Shown here: positions 21,787 to 34,852 of the stretch, piece by piece
Layout of the letters: each line of letters opens with the position of its first letter
Position numbering within the stretch: the stretch's first letter is position 1
Origin: Ramazzottius varieornatus
Lineage: Eukaryota; Animalia; Tardigrada
Direction of reading: 5' to 3'
Assembly: GCA_001949185.1 (NCBI GenBank)
Contig: BDGG01000014.1
Coordinates: 465,378-529,377 of the forward strand
Length of the DNA: 64,000 nucleotides
The notes under the pieces: model-generated
The model's database searches: none
Told to the model about the DNA's origin: nothing
The model's input: the letters and a program-made list of their open reading frames with translations, nothing else
Made by a program: the position numbers and the translations under genes

Positions 21787-24152
21787 AGGATGTCCCAGCC
21801 TCACTGTAAGATACCATGTGCGGAGTGTGGAGAGCTCTACACGGCCAGAGGCATGAGCAGACACGTTAGGAAGCCGACGTGCGTGACCAACCAAGAAAGA
21901 AAGAGAAGGGGGAATGCGGGTCCTGCAAGCCAATCAACTAGTACTTCCCCCGAACAGCTGTCCGCTTTGAAGCCTTTCCACGAAGTCTTGCAGCAACTCA
22001 GAGCGTCCACCAAGGTCCTCCGTAGGATTCCGAAAGGAGCACAGATCTTAGCAGCGACAAGCCTGACAGAGAAAATAGAAGATGTGGTCGAGAAGAAGTC
22101 CGAATCGTCGTGGCGTAGTCTTATGGTGTTTAGTTTTGCAGGTCTCAAACAGCCTGTCAAAGAGAACAATAAGAAACGCAACCTAACCACCGCCGTCAAG
22201 AACAACTTCTCCAAACAAGAGCTGAACATTGAACCAGCAGATAAGCAATCCGCAAAGAAACAGCCAAAAGAAGCAGTGATAAAGAAGCTGGTAGAAGGGA
22301 AGATTAATGATGGTGACGTCAGTGGAGCGCTACGTGTCCCTTCCTCCAAGGATTCCGTAGCAGCTTCAACACCGGAAGTTCTGGGTATCTTTGGGCAATA
22401 ATCCACCAGAAAGTCCGGATAGTTCTTTTCCAGATCCCCCAGACAGGATGATACTTCTGGTTGAATTAACGGTGGAAGAAGTGGTCGCAGCAGTGAAAAG
22501 TTTCCCTAACGGATCCGCGGGTGGTGTTGACGGGCTTAGACCTCAACGCCTCAAGGACATGCTGGCCGGTCCCTCGAACGGAGCTACGGCGGCACTGTCA
22601 GAGGCTCTAGCGAAGCAGGTGATAGTGGAAGGAGAGATATTGGGGCTAGAGCTTAATCCAGCCTATTGCGAGCTGTTCGCGTTCGGCGGATCCAATTAGG
22701 AGCGCCAAGCCAACCAAGAAGCAGCAGCTGAAGCCTGTCCTGGTATCCTGTTTCCATCCAGGAGTGACCTGAGTCTTCTAGGTGCACCACTGCTGGAAGA
22801 AGCCGTCAGAGCAAAAACCAGTAAGATTAAGCTGGTTCACTCAAACCTTAACTTGCTGTTTGCCCACCAAGCCCTCTTCCTGCTCAAGAACTGCCTCTGC
22901 CTTCCGAAGCTTCTCTACATTCTGCGGTGCTCTCCTGTCTGGAAGGCTCCGTGGGTGCTGCAGGAATTCAACGAGGTGGTCCGAACGAGTCTGGCGGAAA
23001 TCACCAACGTCGAGATGACTTCCGGCCCACGGCGACAAGCAACACTCCCAGTCAGTCTAGGTGGATTAGGCATCCGTCGCACGGAGGAGATCGCGCTTCC
23101 TGCCTTCTTGGCATCGATCCATTCCGTACGTCAACTGGTGCCGACATCCTTCCTGGAGCTGACTTGGACAGTGAAGTAACCCTCGCCGTTTCCAAGTGGA
23201 GTCTTCTCACCGCAGCTGTTCCTCCTGTGCCAGATCTGCGTCACCAGCAGAAAGCCTGGGACATGCCTCTTCTCAAAGAGATTTACGAAGACCTCGCAAG
23301 TTCCTCTTCAGATAACAAAAAAGCCAGAATTCTTGCCGTTTCAACAAGGATTCTGGGTCTTGGCTGCATGCGCTGCCCTCTTCCTCGGAAGGCATTGTTG
23401 TCGAGCAACCTCCTCGACAACAACGCCTTCCGTGTCAGCGTTGGCATTCTTTTGGGCGCCAAGCTGTGTCGTCCTCACATCTGCCACTATGGTGCCAGTG
23501 GACGAGTGCGGTCAGCATGGTTTGAGTTGCAAATTCAGTGGCGGTCGTTACCGCCGACACAGCGCACTAAACGAGTCGCTCAAACGTGCCTTGACATCAG
23601 CCTAGATACCTTCCATCCTTGAACCACCAGGGATCTTCCGGAAGGACAAGAAAAGACCAGACGGTATGACACAAGTCCCATGGAAGAACGGTAAGGAGCT
23701 CGTCTGGGACGTCACAGTGGTTGACACCCTGGCGCTCACCAACTTCGCTTTGTCAACGGTGGAAAGCCGGATCAGTCGCTGGTGCCGCCGAAAGAAGAAA
23801 GATTGCCAGGGACCAGGACATCAGAAGCCAGTTCTTGTTCTACCCTGTCGGTCTAGAGACCCTCGGACCATGGGGAACCTGGGCGACGGAGCTGTTTGAA
23901 GCGATCGGAAGAAAGATGGAGGAGGTGACAGGAGAATCTAAGGTCTTTTCTTTCTTTTAACAGAGAGTGTCAACAGATATCCAGCGTGGAAATTCTTATT
24001 TTGTTCTCTCCACAGTAAAAGACACCAAGGGTCTCGATGAGTTTTTTTACGTTTTAGATGTGAAAAAAGGGAAGTCTGTCCGGGTGTTGTTGTTTGTTTT
24101 TGTTTCGCTATCTTCGCGCTTTTTGAAGAACAGAATATTGTCTTTTCAATAA
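21787..24152 (+). mobile_element. Degenerate RLE-type non-LTR retrotransposon (CRE-like), internally deleted
   Basis: N-terminal zinc finger (CAECG...RH...C), RRIPKGA, SAGGVDGLRPQ, GLELNP..CE, LPKLLYILR, QATLPVSLGGLGIR, CCHC knuckle (HGLSC), RH..LN, endonuclease [21 protein letters not shown], and AATAAA at the 3' end. Multiple frameshifts and stops. Confidence 0.88.
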
Positions 24153-25324
24153 AGATTTCAATTCATAGTATCCGCTGATGCAGAATTTCTCACGCCTAAC
24201 ACAGAAGCTAATCGTAAGGCGCAAAGCTCGGTATGAGGTGAACGTCATAATTCGGCCGAAACGATTTTTCCCTCATGATATTACTTCGTATGAAATAGAT
24301 GAATTAAACAGACACGTCTCCCTCTCATGACTAATTCCTCTGATCAACACCTTTTGGCGCTCTCCGACCTGCTGGTACCTTGAGGTGAGAGATCAGTTTA
24401 ATTCAAGACCCGGAGGATTATTTCAGCCGAGGAAGCAGCAATACGAAACTGGCCTCCAGCAGTTCGCACGATACCAGTGCTTTCTTGTTGTACAGCTGAT
24501 ACCCACGAAGAGCCAGAAACGGCGCATTTTAGTGCCAGTATTGCTCTAATGATGACCTTCAAGCTGCAAAAGCTTCTCCGTGACAAGCAGAGGGAAGAAA
24601 GGAAATGTCGAAAAGAAAATCACAGAAAAACCACCATGCGCAAGACAGCCATTTGGAGCACAAAGGAAGCCAGCAGTCGGATCTTTGCAACACTTTACCC
24701 ACGCTCGACGAGCAAGGTTGACGCACCAGGAAGATGATACGAGAGGCGATCTACAGTATGACGTCATGGAATACGAAACTTCACTTCCGAGTATAATATT
24801 CGAGTTTTAATATTCCTTGAAAGGGTTTCAAATTTCATGAGGTGAGCTGATTTACTGTAATGAGGTATTGCCACTCATATACTGGATGGACAGCGGTTAA
24901 AAGTACTATACAGTGTATTGTTAGGATGACACAACAAACCATAAACCTATTGCTGAAGATCTTAAGCAAACTTCGCCTGTCTTCGAACACGTGTGCAGCG
25001 TGTGAGGGCACAGAAGTTGTTAAAGGCCTTCTTCATGTCAACTTCAGCCGGGAGCTTCTTTTGTTTTCCTTCCGACACTGTTGGTTTCCAGTACTTGGTA
25101 TAGTGCGAAACCACATCTAGTAAATAAGTATACACTGGCTCCCATAAGTGATTGGCCATCCATACCAGCATTCAAAAATTCATAACTTCCTTCGTAGTGA
25201 TCCCATTTTGACATTCCAGAAATGCGTGAGGAGCCCAACGTTTTATTATAACGACCACGTGACTTTCGTGCGAACTCTCATCGATCAGTCTACTAGTAGT
25301 GCTCGGCCTAAGAACCTTTGGAAC

Positions 25325-25813
25325 TACCTTATTTTCGGCACCGTGCTGAGGGTGCAAGCCAGCACTTGCCGCAATCCGCTTCTGAACGTAAGGTAGAACC
25401 AACATCGATCTTTCAAACAAGCCTATGGGAATTTTCCGGAGCTCTGTAAAAACAGTTTTGCTAATATGCCAACTAGGAAGTGATTTCGGTTGTCTTCGGC
25501 AGGGAATGTTCTGTTAGCCTTGTCTCTGGTATCCTTGCCCCCAGGTTACGTTTGAATGGTAGCCACATCAATGAGAACGACTCAGCTTTCTTGTTCAGGT
25601 CTTTCTGACAACCGCAGCGGAAGATATCGAAAGTTGTGTTTTTTGTGCCGGGGAAAACCCAGACTGGCATGTTAGCGAAACGTCTTCTGCAGAGCTCCGA
25701 AAAATTCACACGTAGGCTTTGCTAAAAGACCGATGTTAGTTCTACCTTACGATGAGAAGTGGATTATGCCAAGTGTTGCTGCACCCTCAGCACAAGCCTG
25801 CGAAGTAAAGGTA
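25325..25813. mobile_element. Foldback element with ~150 bp imperfect inverted arms
   Basis: GTGCTGAGGGTGC...CGTAAGGTAGAAC...AAGCCTA...CGGAGCTCTG on the left is mirrored by CAGAGCTCCG...TAGGCTT...GTTCTACCTTACG...GCACCCTCAGCAC on the right. Confidence 0.75.
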
Positions 25814-27035
25814 CATCACTAGCTAGTGGTCCTGACCACTGTGAAGCCCGAGCGAATGCGATAAAAACAAAGCGAGGAAACAAATGACGAGGGTGACGGG
25901 TGACGGGTGACGAGGGTGACGCTCTTCTGACCACTGAACCCCCTTCCCCTTCCTTCCCTCTTCCCTCTTCCCTCTTCCACCTTCTTCCTCTCCCTACCCG
26001 GTCTGTCCCCTGCCTTCATTGCCCTTTGCTTTACGGAGCCATCGCGCAAATGAAGAGCGGAGCGGTGCCCTCGGGTCCGCCGGAGTCGATTGAGTGGTAC
26101 TGCGATTAAACATTTGTTGTTTCCCGGATCAAGTTACACGTCTGTTTTGAGTACCGAGATTGCGATATCAGAAGGCTCCATCATTTGCGACATCTACTGA
26201 AATCGTGACAGGCTTGAAAGGACCTCGCTTTATCGAGGTGTGTCGAGTAGTATAGCGGTAATACGCAGCCGTCGCTTGCCGAGTCTGTTTGGCGAACTTG
26301 CGTCGTCACAAGGGAATTACGCCAATCCGGATACTCCGATTCTGATACCAATATGGCAGAAAGGTACAGAAGAGTCTCTTCTGTAAACCAGAATGGACTT
26401 TGTGGGCGGAAATGATTTTGGGAGGCCCCTACAAAATTAGGGATCGGGGGAACAGTTGCCGGACAAGTCTGTCCCGACGACGTAATCAACGCGCTTTGAC
26501 GTAAAACACTTGGAGTTGCTTCTTCGACTGCCAACAAGATGATCAGCTGACCGATGTAGTTTGCATGTGAGCCTGACAGCTTGTATTCGAGCAACACTAA
26601 CCTTTAATGGCGGGCAGTTCGGATGTGCTAGAACATTCGGCTCCACCGAACGTTCGGGACTAAATTGCACCATATTTTACGGCTTCTAAGCCCGGCGCTT
26701 GGCCGGATGGGTGATTCCTTCATGTTTCTAAGCCCTCACCGGCTTCCTATGCACGTCTGATTCTAGCAGAATATGGTCCATCGCTTGCTTGATTGACCTG
26801 GCTTCGAGTTACTTGCTGGTTCTGACTACATAGACTGCTGGAAGTCCCTTCGGGGTTTGTCTACTAGCTGAATAAACACAGTACAACACAATATAATGCA
26901 GAAGTACCCCAGGTGATCATGTTTATTGCCCTGTTCTGACGAGCCTCCGTGCCATGACATTGCCCAAATAACATTGGGAATAAGTCCACGTTTGCTGCAG
27001 CGCATTTTGGGTTCACTGCGGGCATAGTCGGGGCC

Positions 27036-27457
27036 ATGTATGTGACATATGTGTCAGAGTCCATATATCCTGCATAGTCCCGCAGCATTGATTGCTCGAA
27101 TGGTTAAGATGGCATCAGGTTTGTGGGAAACTTCGACAAAGCTTTGTCGCAACAGGAAAACACAACAGTTTTTATCGGTTCAGAACCCTGCCCAGTAGTT
27201 GTAAGGTGGTGCGTGACAACTGTGCTAAATACAATGAGACGCGACAAGCACATGCAACCACCACTGGCACGAGCAAATTGACGCAGCCATTGCATCAGAC
27301 CTGTACCGTCATCAGTTCCGATTGGCGTGTCAGTGTGTTTCCGCCTCCTCCAATCAGGTCTGAGATTGTGTTTCCACTGATCCGATAATACCCTGTTACA
27401 CAGCTGCGGGACTATGCAGGAAATATGTGCTCTCTATATGTCTATGTAACATGAATA
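27036..27457. repeat. Imperfect inverted repeat (probable old MITE)
   Basis: ATATATCCTGCATAGTCCCGCAGC (27063-27086) vs GCTGCGGGACTATGCAGGAAATAT (~27403-27426). Weaker symmetry extends outward. Confidence 0.55.
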
Positions 27458-29495
27458 TCACATACACGAGCCATACGTGAACCATGCTAGCCGATATGAT
27501 TATCAAACTTCTGGGCGTCGGAGTGCCGCGGGCGTACCATGATGAATGAAAAGTTAAGAGAAGGCATGTAAGGTATGTATTAGTCCGGACAGTTCCTGGC
27601 TGTGAAACTTACGCGAAACTGAAACCGTTGTTCTACAAGTGAAGTCACGAAACAAGTCTGAGACTAAGATGTCCGTTGAACGACTACAGTTAAAGGAATA
27701 ACCGGTCGGAAAAATACCAGAAAGCAGTCGAGTGTGTAGCGTCAATGGTAATACAGTATATGCAATCTCACTTGATTCCCACACCTGAGTACAGTAGGCG
27801 GTGCGTGTCTTGAGCCAGGTATATACTTTACGGATCTCCGTTACGGAAGAAAGGTTCATCTTGATTAACCTCTGCATAAGACAGTGAGAATACGAAGCCA
27901 TGAGTGGCTCCTCAAGACGCATATCCTTTGGCGTATTGTAAAAGCTGGACAGGACGCTGGACACGGACGTTGGATGCTTTCCGGTTGGACAGCTGTACTG
28001 GACAACTGGACTGGACAGACTTATTTTAAACCGAGTAGAAACGCGACGGAAGCACAAACACATTTTTCTGTACTCTCCAAAGGAAGCAGAGATGACGCAG
28101 CAATCGAAGGAAATCCCGAAAGCGAAAGCCATAATGACACCTTGTCCGGCAGATCTGTCTCAAAGGCGCGTCAGGGACGGAAAATCTGAGGACCAGTTAT
28201 TCTGGTCTTCAATCCAATATTAAAGGAGGAGCGAGCGGCGGCGGACTGCAGTGTGGTTATGGGAAGCCTCTTGTGCTACTCCTAGCACCTTTGAACAGTG
28301 AACTGCCTCGTGCGGTTCTTTGGTGGTGGTCAGGTACTGGCGGTTATCACGTCGCCCCACCGCGGCGCCGAAGGCCACTTTGATTCTAGTCTTTGGGCCT
28401 AGATCTCTTTGATCTCGAGACCTTTTTGATCTTGTTCCGAGGTTCGATGACCAGACTGCGTACTGCAAAACAGCATCGACGCGTGAGTCAGCACTGCTGT
28501 AACTCAGCGTTCCCGTGTCTCTTCTGCTGCTGATTGATGGTCAACTGGTAAGCGTTCGGTAAGGCAAACAACCAACAGCCCGCGGTGCGGATCTGATCGT
28601 GGACCTCAATGAACTCAGCACCGTCAAGCTGGCCTACGTCACGCTTAAATTAATTGGAGTTAAGTTTACAAAGACACCCGTGATTAATGTATACGTAATA
28701 CGCGGGGCACAAGGTAGTGCCGCGAAAGGCAGTGCACTCACCAAGGGAAAGTTTCGAGCAGTAAAACAGCTTGTAACAAGCGTTTCCCAAAACAGCGATA
28801 CGGAAGTCCGTACGTACGTGTGCAGTTCTCACCAATGCAATTTCTGGCAATTTTCTACGGTTGAGTTCTCAATTTGCCGTCTTTTCTTCCTGTACCAGCC
28901 TTCACCTTCGCGCGTGTATGCGGATCAGTGCGTAATTTCGAAGAAATTAGTATGCGGTGTATTTCGGTAGTGCGGGTGGTATGCGGAGCCACTGGGGCTG
29001 GCTAACTGAACAACCGTTCCCTCGTGGTGATCCACTGAAATCCTAATGAAATTAATCAAATCGCCTGCGTTCCCGCGATGTACCTTCCAGTCTGGATGAT
29101 TCGAAACATACTGTAAATATTCGCTGCTATCACGCAGTACACTGAGTCCCATAAGTGTCTGTCCACCACTGTCGCAACCACAAAATTCTCGCCCTTCGCG
29201 TCAACCCAAATCGATTCTAGCTTTCCTACGTGTATAGTAGAAACCTTGAGCAAGGTTTCGATCACAGTGGATTATAACTAGAGCTGACTGTCGTGGTGGT
29301 AGAACTCGGAGACCTAAAACGCGACACAAAACATAAACCTGACTTCAGCAGACCGACTCCATGAAAAAACTAATTTCTTCCCAATCTCAAACTGATTTCG
29401 CCCTTAGAAATTCACGGGTGTAAATTAATTCTAGGGGTATTAAATCAACAAGCAGTCAGCTGATTCCATTGAAGTTCTCGAAAAATTGCTTCAAA

Positions 29496-31793
29496 ATGGG
29501 TCGCAAGCTGAAGGGGTACAGCGACGATATTCGAAATCGTGTCATCAAGAAGCACCTGGATAAAGTTCTAAACAGGGAGATCGCTCGCCAGATGGTTCTT
29601 CCACACTCCAGCGTCAACTTCATGATCAAGAAGTACAAGGAGACCGGCAGCGTCCAGAACAAACCTCGGTGTGGATGAGAGCGAATCACTACTCCCCGAT
29701 GACGGACAGACCTATCGTACGAAGAGTTCTGAAAGAACGACGCATATCTGCTTCAGAGATCAAAGAGATCCAGTTGGGCTTACTAGTGTCGATTTCAAAG
29801 GAAACAATTCGTCGCCGGATTCGGGAGAAAGGCCTGAACGGAAGAGTAGCTCGGAAGAAACCGCTCATTAAAAAGCATGCTCGACAAAAGCGTCTGGACT
29901 TCTGCAAAAGGTACGGGGAAATGGCGTTTTCTTTTGGGACAACGTCTTATGGTCAAACGAATCTATCCGGTGCGGAAATATGACTTTTTACTCCTGGAAA
30001 CACGTCAACTTCAAAACCTCATAGTTACACTCCCCCTTGTCCGTTTGTCCTGAGCCTTTTTTCCAGTCACTCTGTCAACTCCTAGCTATCGTTTGGCATT
30101 CTATCAACCCAAGTTTTTCAGCTTCGGGGTAGGGCAGGATTGGTTTGTCAGAATCATGGATAACCAAGGTTTTAGGCGATTCAACTATTTGAATTCTCTC
30201 AATGCGTCAGCGTATCTTAGGCAGGCGCTAAGATATGCGTCGTTTCTCGTAATGAAGCAGCTAACCGTTGAACCGTAAGAGGTTGGGTACGTCTTCTCCG
30301 CTCTGAAGATTCCTAGGTCGGAAGTCACCCCTTGGGAAGTCCGCAACTGAAGTTAAACAACAACGTCCAGAGGGAGCATGTCGACCTCGATCCTTCCCGA
30401 ACTCTTGCAAAACCTTCAAGAGAGTTTGAAGTGTCTTCTTAAAATCCTCACTGGACATTTAGACATAGCCCGAAGGGGAAAAGATCAAGAATTTTGATAC
30501 CCCGCTTACTTCGCGCACCGTACGATGAACGCAAATTTCGCCTGCCCGTAACATGCCGTTTCTGAGTGAGACCGAACTGATCCTCATGTTACATTGTTAC
30601 TAGTGACAAAGACTGGGCTCTGTAGATCATTCTGAAGCAAAAACTGGAATTACTGCAGGAAATTTCGAATCGTGCGAGGCACCATAGGAAAATCATGGTT
30701 ACCTACTGATTGCTATCTTACAATCTAGACCGCTATGAAATCTTTCCGCCAGGCATAATGATAGCTGCAGACTAAACCTCTCTAGAAAGGGGAAGAACGA
30801 TGAAAAAACTTGCCGTTGACAAAACAAAATTATCCAGTCGACTCAAAGCGATCCTGTTGCAGGTCAGCTCTAGAGTGCTCATTGAACAAAACGCTTCCGC
30901 AAAACTGCAGGAAGTGAAACTGGAAACTATCCTTCGTACATCAGAAAGAGGGGTTCTGATACCAAAGTATTATCACTGTGTCGCAGAATTTCAGCACCTC
31001 CAGCGAGAAAGAACAATTTCTTCCGCAGAGGCTACCAAAACTGGCTACCGAGACTTCATCATTTCTCTTCCCCTATTCTCTTACAGTACAGACACGAACA
31101 CGATGCCGAAAGAATGACTGAAGTACCTTGCTAGTATGAGTGGATAACCTGGTCAAGAATTCCGAGGTTCGAAGCCAGGAGAAATTTTTGAAAATCTTCG
31201 TCGGGGGAGTAACAAGTCATACTTCCGCACCTGATAAGTTCAACTTGTTTGGAACGGATGGGAAGGTTATGGTGTGGAGAAAGCCAGGTGAAGGTCACCG
31301 GCCGGAGTGCACGGTTCCGACGGTCAAGCATGGTGGTGGAAACGTCATGGTATGCGGTTCTTTTCGTCCGCATGTGTCGGAAATCTTGTTTATTGTGAGG
31401 GAAAACATGGACAGGCCCTAGTACAGAGCCATTCTGAAGAAAAATTTGAAGCAGTCAGCGAAGATACTGAAGTCCAAGCGTGGATGGCTGTTTCAGCACG
31501 ATCATGATCCCAGACATGATTCGGTTCTTGTAAACGACTGGCTCAAGAAAAACCATCCAGAACTGCTGTTCTGGGCTCCGTATGGTCCAGACTTGAATCC
31601 CATAGACCATTTATGGGCACAAATTGAAAGAAAACTGAGGGGAAAACATCCAAAGAACATTGGCCAGCTCGAAGAAGCTATCGAAGAAGTCTGCTTCGAA
31701 ATTGAGCTTTAGGATTACCGAAAACTCGTTCATTCGATGCCGACACGCATTGGGGAGGTGAGGGAGAACGACGGTTTTTCATCGAGCTATTGA
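29496..31793 (+). pseudogene. Tc1-family (DD34E) transposase, degenerate and split by an insertion
   Basis: HTH region, ARKKPLI and WSNES at 29496-29965 continue as KFNLFGTDG, TVKHGGGNVMV, FQHDHDPRH, PDLNPIDHLW and LVHSMPTR at 31237-31793. Frameshifts and a stop are present. Confidence 0.92.
29966..31234. mobile_element. Non-autonomous mariner-like element (1269 bp) nested in the Tc1 transposase
   Basis: 29-bp TIRs TCCGGTGCGGAAATATGACTTTTTACTCC / GGAGTAACAAGTCATACTTCCGCACCTGA with TA duplication. Removing it restores the WSNESKFNLFG reading frame. Confidence 0.88.
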
Positions 31794-32925
31794 ACGTTGA
31801 AAAGTATGGGCAAAAGTTTTTCAGAAATATCTTCTGCCCGAAAAGGTAACGCTGCGCAACAAATAATCATTTTCTACCGTCTCGTGTTAGAAAATTGCTT
31901 GAGAATTCAGTCTCAGATGGATCTTATCAATACTTGCATTAGATGAGTTCCCAAGCTTCATTTGAACTGTATGTGGTTCGGTTTTGAACGCGTAGGATGG
32001 AAGATGTTTGCCGCGAAGTAAAGTTGAGAAGGGTGGAAAGATACTTATGGCGCTCAGTGTACGTCATCGTACACGTAAAGTACAGCCCTGGTCCGGTTCC
32101 ACTGGCTGCGCAACGCCCTACGGGGTGCATCGTCACGTACGTGTACGTACTGCGCGATAGCATCGACAATTTTACAGTGATCTGTGCGCCTTAGGCCGGC
32201 AAACAAAAGGCGAAGACTGCCTTCTCGAGCAGCGCAGGGGTCCATTATTAGTGGCCGGGATCGTGCGCCACTCGGCAAAGTAGCTTTCCACCTTTCCACC
32301 TTTTGTACCGGCCCCCGACCAATTGCAAGGCGTATAGATCGAGTATCGAATCTTTAACACTAGATTGACTAGAAGCTGCATTACGTTCGCAGACGGTCCG
32401 ATTAATTTCATTAGGATTTCATTGGATTACCACGAGTACTTTAATGTCATAAAGTGTTCCAATTATGGCTGGCGCTTTCGGGAATTCCTTCGATTGCTGC
32501 GTCACTTTTGTTTCCTTTGGAGAGTACAGAAAAGTGTGTTCGTCGTTCCGTCGCGTTTCTACGCAGTTTCAAATAAGTTTGTCCAGTCCAGTTGTCCAGT
32601 ACACCTGTCCAACCGGAATCGTCTGACGTCCGTATTCGGTGTCCTGTCCAGCTTTTACAACATGCCTATCCGTTTTCTCGAAGTACGGAGATAGAAGGCT
32701 AGGTCAAATGCGATTGTACTGTAGTATCCTCCTCTCGAAATATTCTGGTGAAGGCTCATGAAACATCAATAACAAGCTTCTCACTACCTCGAACGTCGGT
32801 GAAGGGCTGTGGCCTCCGGTGTTGTTTTCCATTTCTAAAGATTTTTCCGGACGACACCTGAATATATTCAGCGTGACAATATCTATTTATTGGTTTCGGC
32901 AGCCAGGTTCTCCTGAAAAGCGATT

Positions 32926-34029
32926 ATGGTTTTGGAGAGGTATTCTTACTCGAACGTGTCTGGAAATGCTAGCTTGGTGTTCGAGCCTGGCATCGCCCAA
33001 GTCTACATCAGCGCTATCCAAGCTGTGGTCATTTTTGTTGGGTCGTCACTGGCGCTGACCGCTTTCGCCTCTTTACCGGCCCTAAGGACCCCATTCAACT
33101 ACTACCTTATCAGCATTCTTCTGGCAGAATTATTTCTCGCGATCTATCAAGGGATTTTTGCCATCCAAGAATATTATGGACACTGGGTCTTTAGCAAACG
33201 TGCCTGCACCCTGTTCGCATTTATGTTCTTTGCCAGCGAAGGGATCGTCGGAAATGCGCACTTCCTCATCAGCGTCAACCGGACATGGGCGCTCTTCTTC
33301 CCTCATCATTACCGCACCCGTAACAGCAAGGGAGTGACGCTCTTTCTTTGTGCTGGTGTCTGGATCGCCACTGTCATCTTAGTCTTACCGTGGGCTATTT
33401 TGAACGAACAACATTTGGTAGAGCCTATCATCGTTTGTCGCGTTCAAACCTACGACCAATTTGGGTTCTCTATCCTTGTCATGGTACTCTTTGTTTCGCC
33501 CACGACGTTCATCCTGGTCATCTATCCGCTTCTATACTCCAAATATCGAGCCAGGACAAAGGCACGAGTGGGTGTAACTGGTCACGATCAAACAACGCAC
33601 CGTGCTTCAACGGCTGCGAGCAGAAGAAACGTGACTGTGTTTACCGTGGATCAAACAGTTCAATCAACCGATCCTCGAGATGGAGAAGGCAAAGAGAGCT
33701 TGAAATCGCATAACCGTTCATATCGAGGACCAAGAATAACCCGGTGCTTTACCAGCAGACCCGGCTTTTCTCGTATTGGGCAGCGCAAATTGAAGTCCAG
33801 CAACTTCCTCGTACTGTCATGGGTGGCGTTTTGCGCAACGATCTTTTGGGCGCCCAATGTGATCTACGCGGTGACCGAGGTGTTTGTTCACCCCAACCTG
33901 TGGTTTAATAACAAAGCGTTCGCGGGGCTCTGCGCTTGGCTTGCGTGCTCGACGCTGCTGGATCCGATCATGTTTATCACGACCGTGCCTCTTCTACGAA
34001 GTCAAGTGAAAAAGATTTTGAGATTGTGA
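32926..34029 (+). CDS. Intronless rhodopsin-like orphan GPCR, subfamily B
   Basis: 367 aa, seven TM segments, LRTPFNYYLISI, HWVFSKRACT, SVNRTWALFFP, FWAP, LDPIMF. Confidence 0.9.
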   Translation: MVLERYSYSNVSGNASLVFEPGIAQVYISAIQAVVIFVGSSLALTAFASLPALRTPFNYYLISILLAELFLAIYQGIFAIQEYYGHWVFSKRACTLFAFMFFASEGIVGNAHFLISVNRTWALFFPHHYRTRNSKGVTLFLCAGVWIATVILVLPWAILNEQHLVEPIIVCRVQTYDQFGFSILVMVLFVSPTTFILVIYPLLYSKYRARTKARVGVTGHDQTTHRASTAASRRNVTVFTVDQTVQSTDPRDGEGKESLKSHNRSYRGPRITRCFTSRPGFSRIGQRKLKSSNFLVLSWVAFCATIFWAPNVIYAVTEVFVHPNLWFNNKAFAGLCAWLACSTLLDPIMFITTVPLLRSQVKKILRL

Positions 34030-34852
34030 CCTCTTAGAAAGTTCTCAAAAGCGTCGTGTTTTCTCATGGATTGATTCGTTAGCTGACGTTCTGGACGGAC
34101 CGTGTCCTAGATGACGCTGAGCACAGCTGTATTAACCCCGCATGGAGAAAACGTTCCAGCAAGGGTTTGTCCACTAACATTCTCCATAACTCTAGGACAT
34201 CTGCAGAACAAAAAAATCTGGAATCAGACGGACTTCGCGAGATGAAATTCGAGACGAAAACAGTTACCTTCTGTGCGACAAAGTTCCATCAGGGTATGAT
34301 ATGGTACTGTAGAAATTCGCTACGTCCGCGCAGTACGTCATCGTACCCATAAGTACAGCCCCCGGTCCGGCTTTACTACCTTTACATACTTAATCACGAA
34401 GCGTTGCGCTGGCAGTACTCTGGGAAACTGCGCTTTCGATATCGATGTACACATTTAAAAACTGCAGCGATGCCCCAATGGTGGGCGTGTCTTAAGTACC
34501 ACGATGCTGATGAATTACACCCGAGTTTGCAACCTGGTGTCGAGGCGAAGCAAAACAGGTGGAAGACTTGACCGACTCTTTTTACATTCTCATTCCGTCA
34601 ACAGTCCACTTTGAAAATTGTTACACTGTACGGATGGCTGGAAAAAAGGAAATTTTGACAAACTCGCACACGAAACAAATGAGGCGCCTGATGGCTGGAA
34701 TGTAGTGCCAGCACCCGGTAACTCAACGCTTGTGTCAGCATTTACACAGGTTCATGTTGGCTTATGGCTACCGACTTGGTTGACGGATCGTTTTGAAGCC
34801 CTAACTTGTGTCTCTTCTTACGTGCGTAATTGATCTCTAACTCGTTGTAACA

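Larger units (their letters stand above)
27930..32666. mobile_element. Long inverted-repeat (foldback) element enclosing a Tc1 and a mariner insertion
   Basis: 27930-28135 is the reverse complement of 32462-32666, and 29021-29108 is the reverse complement of ~32345-32435. Confidence 0.7.

Noticed and set aside
29200-32000. TIRs of the host Tc1 element (CAGT at ~29265, ACTGTA at ~31966)
   Set aside because: The candidate ends do not match beyond a few bases, so element boundaries are not claimed.
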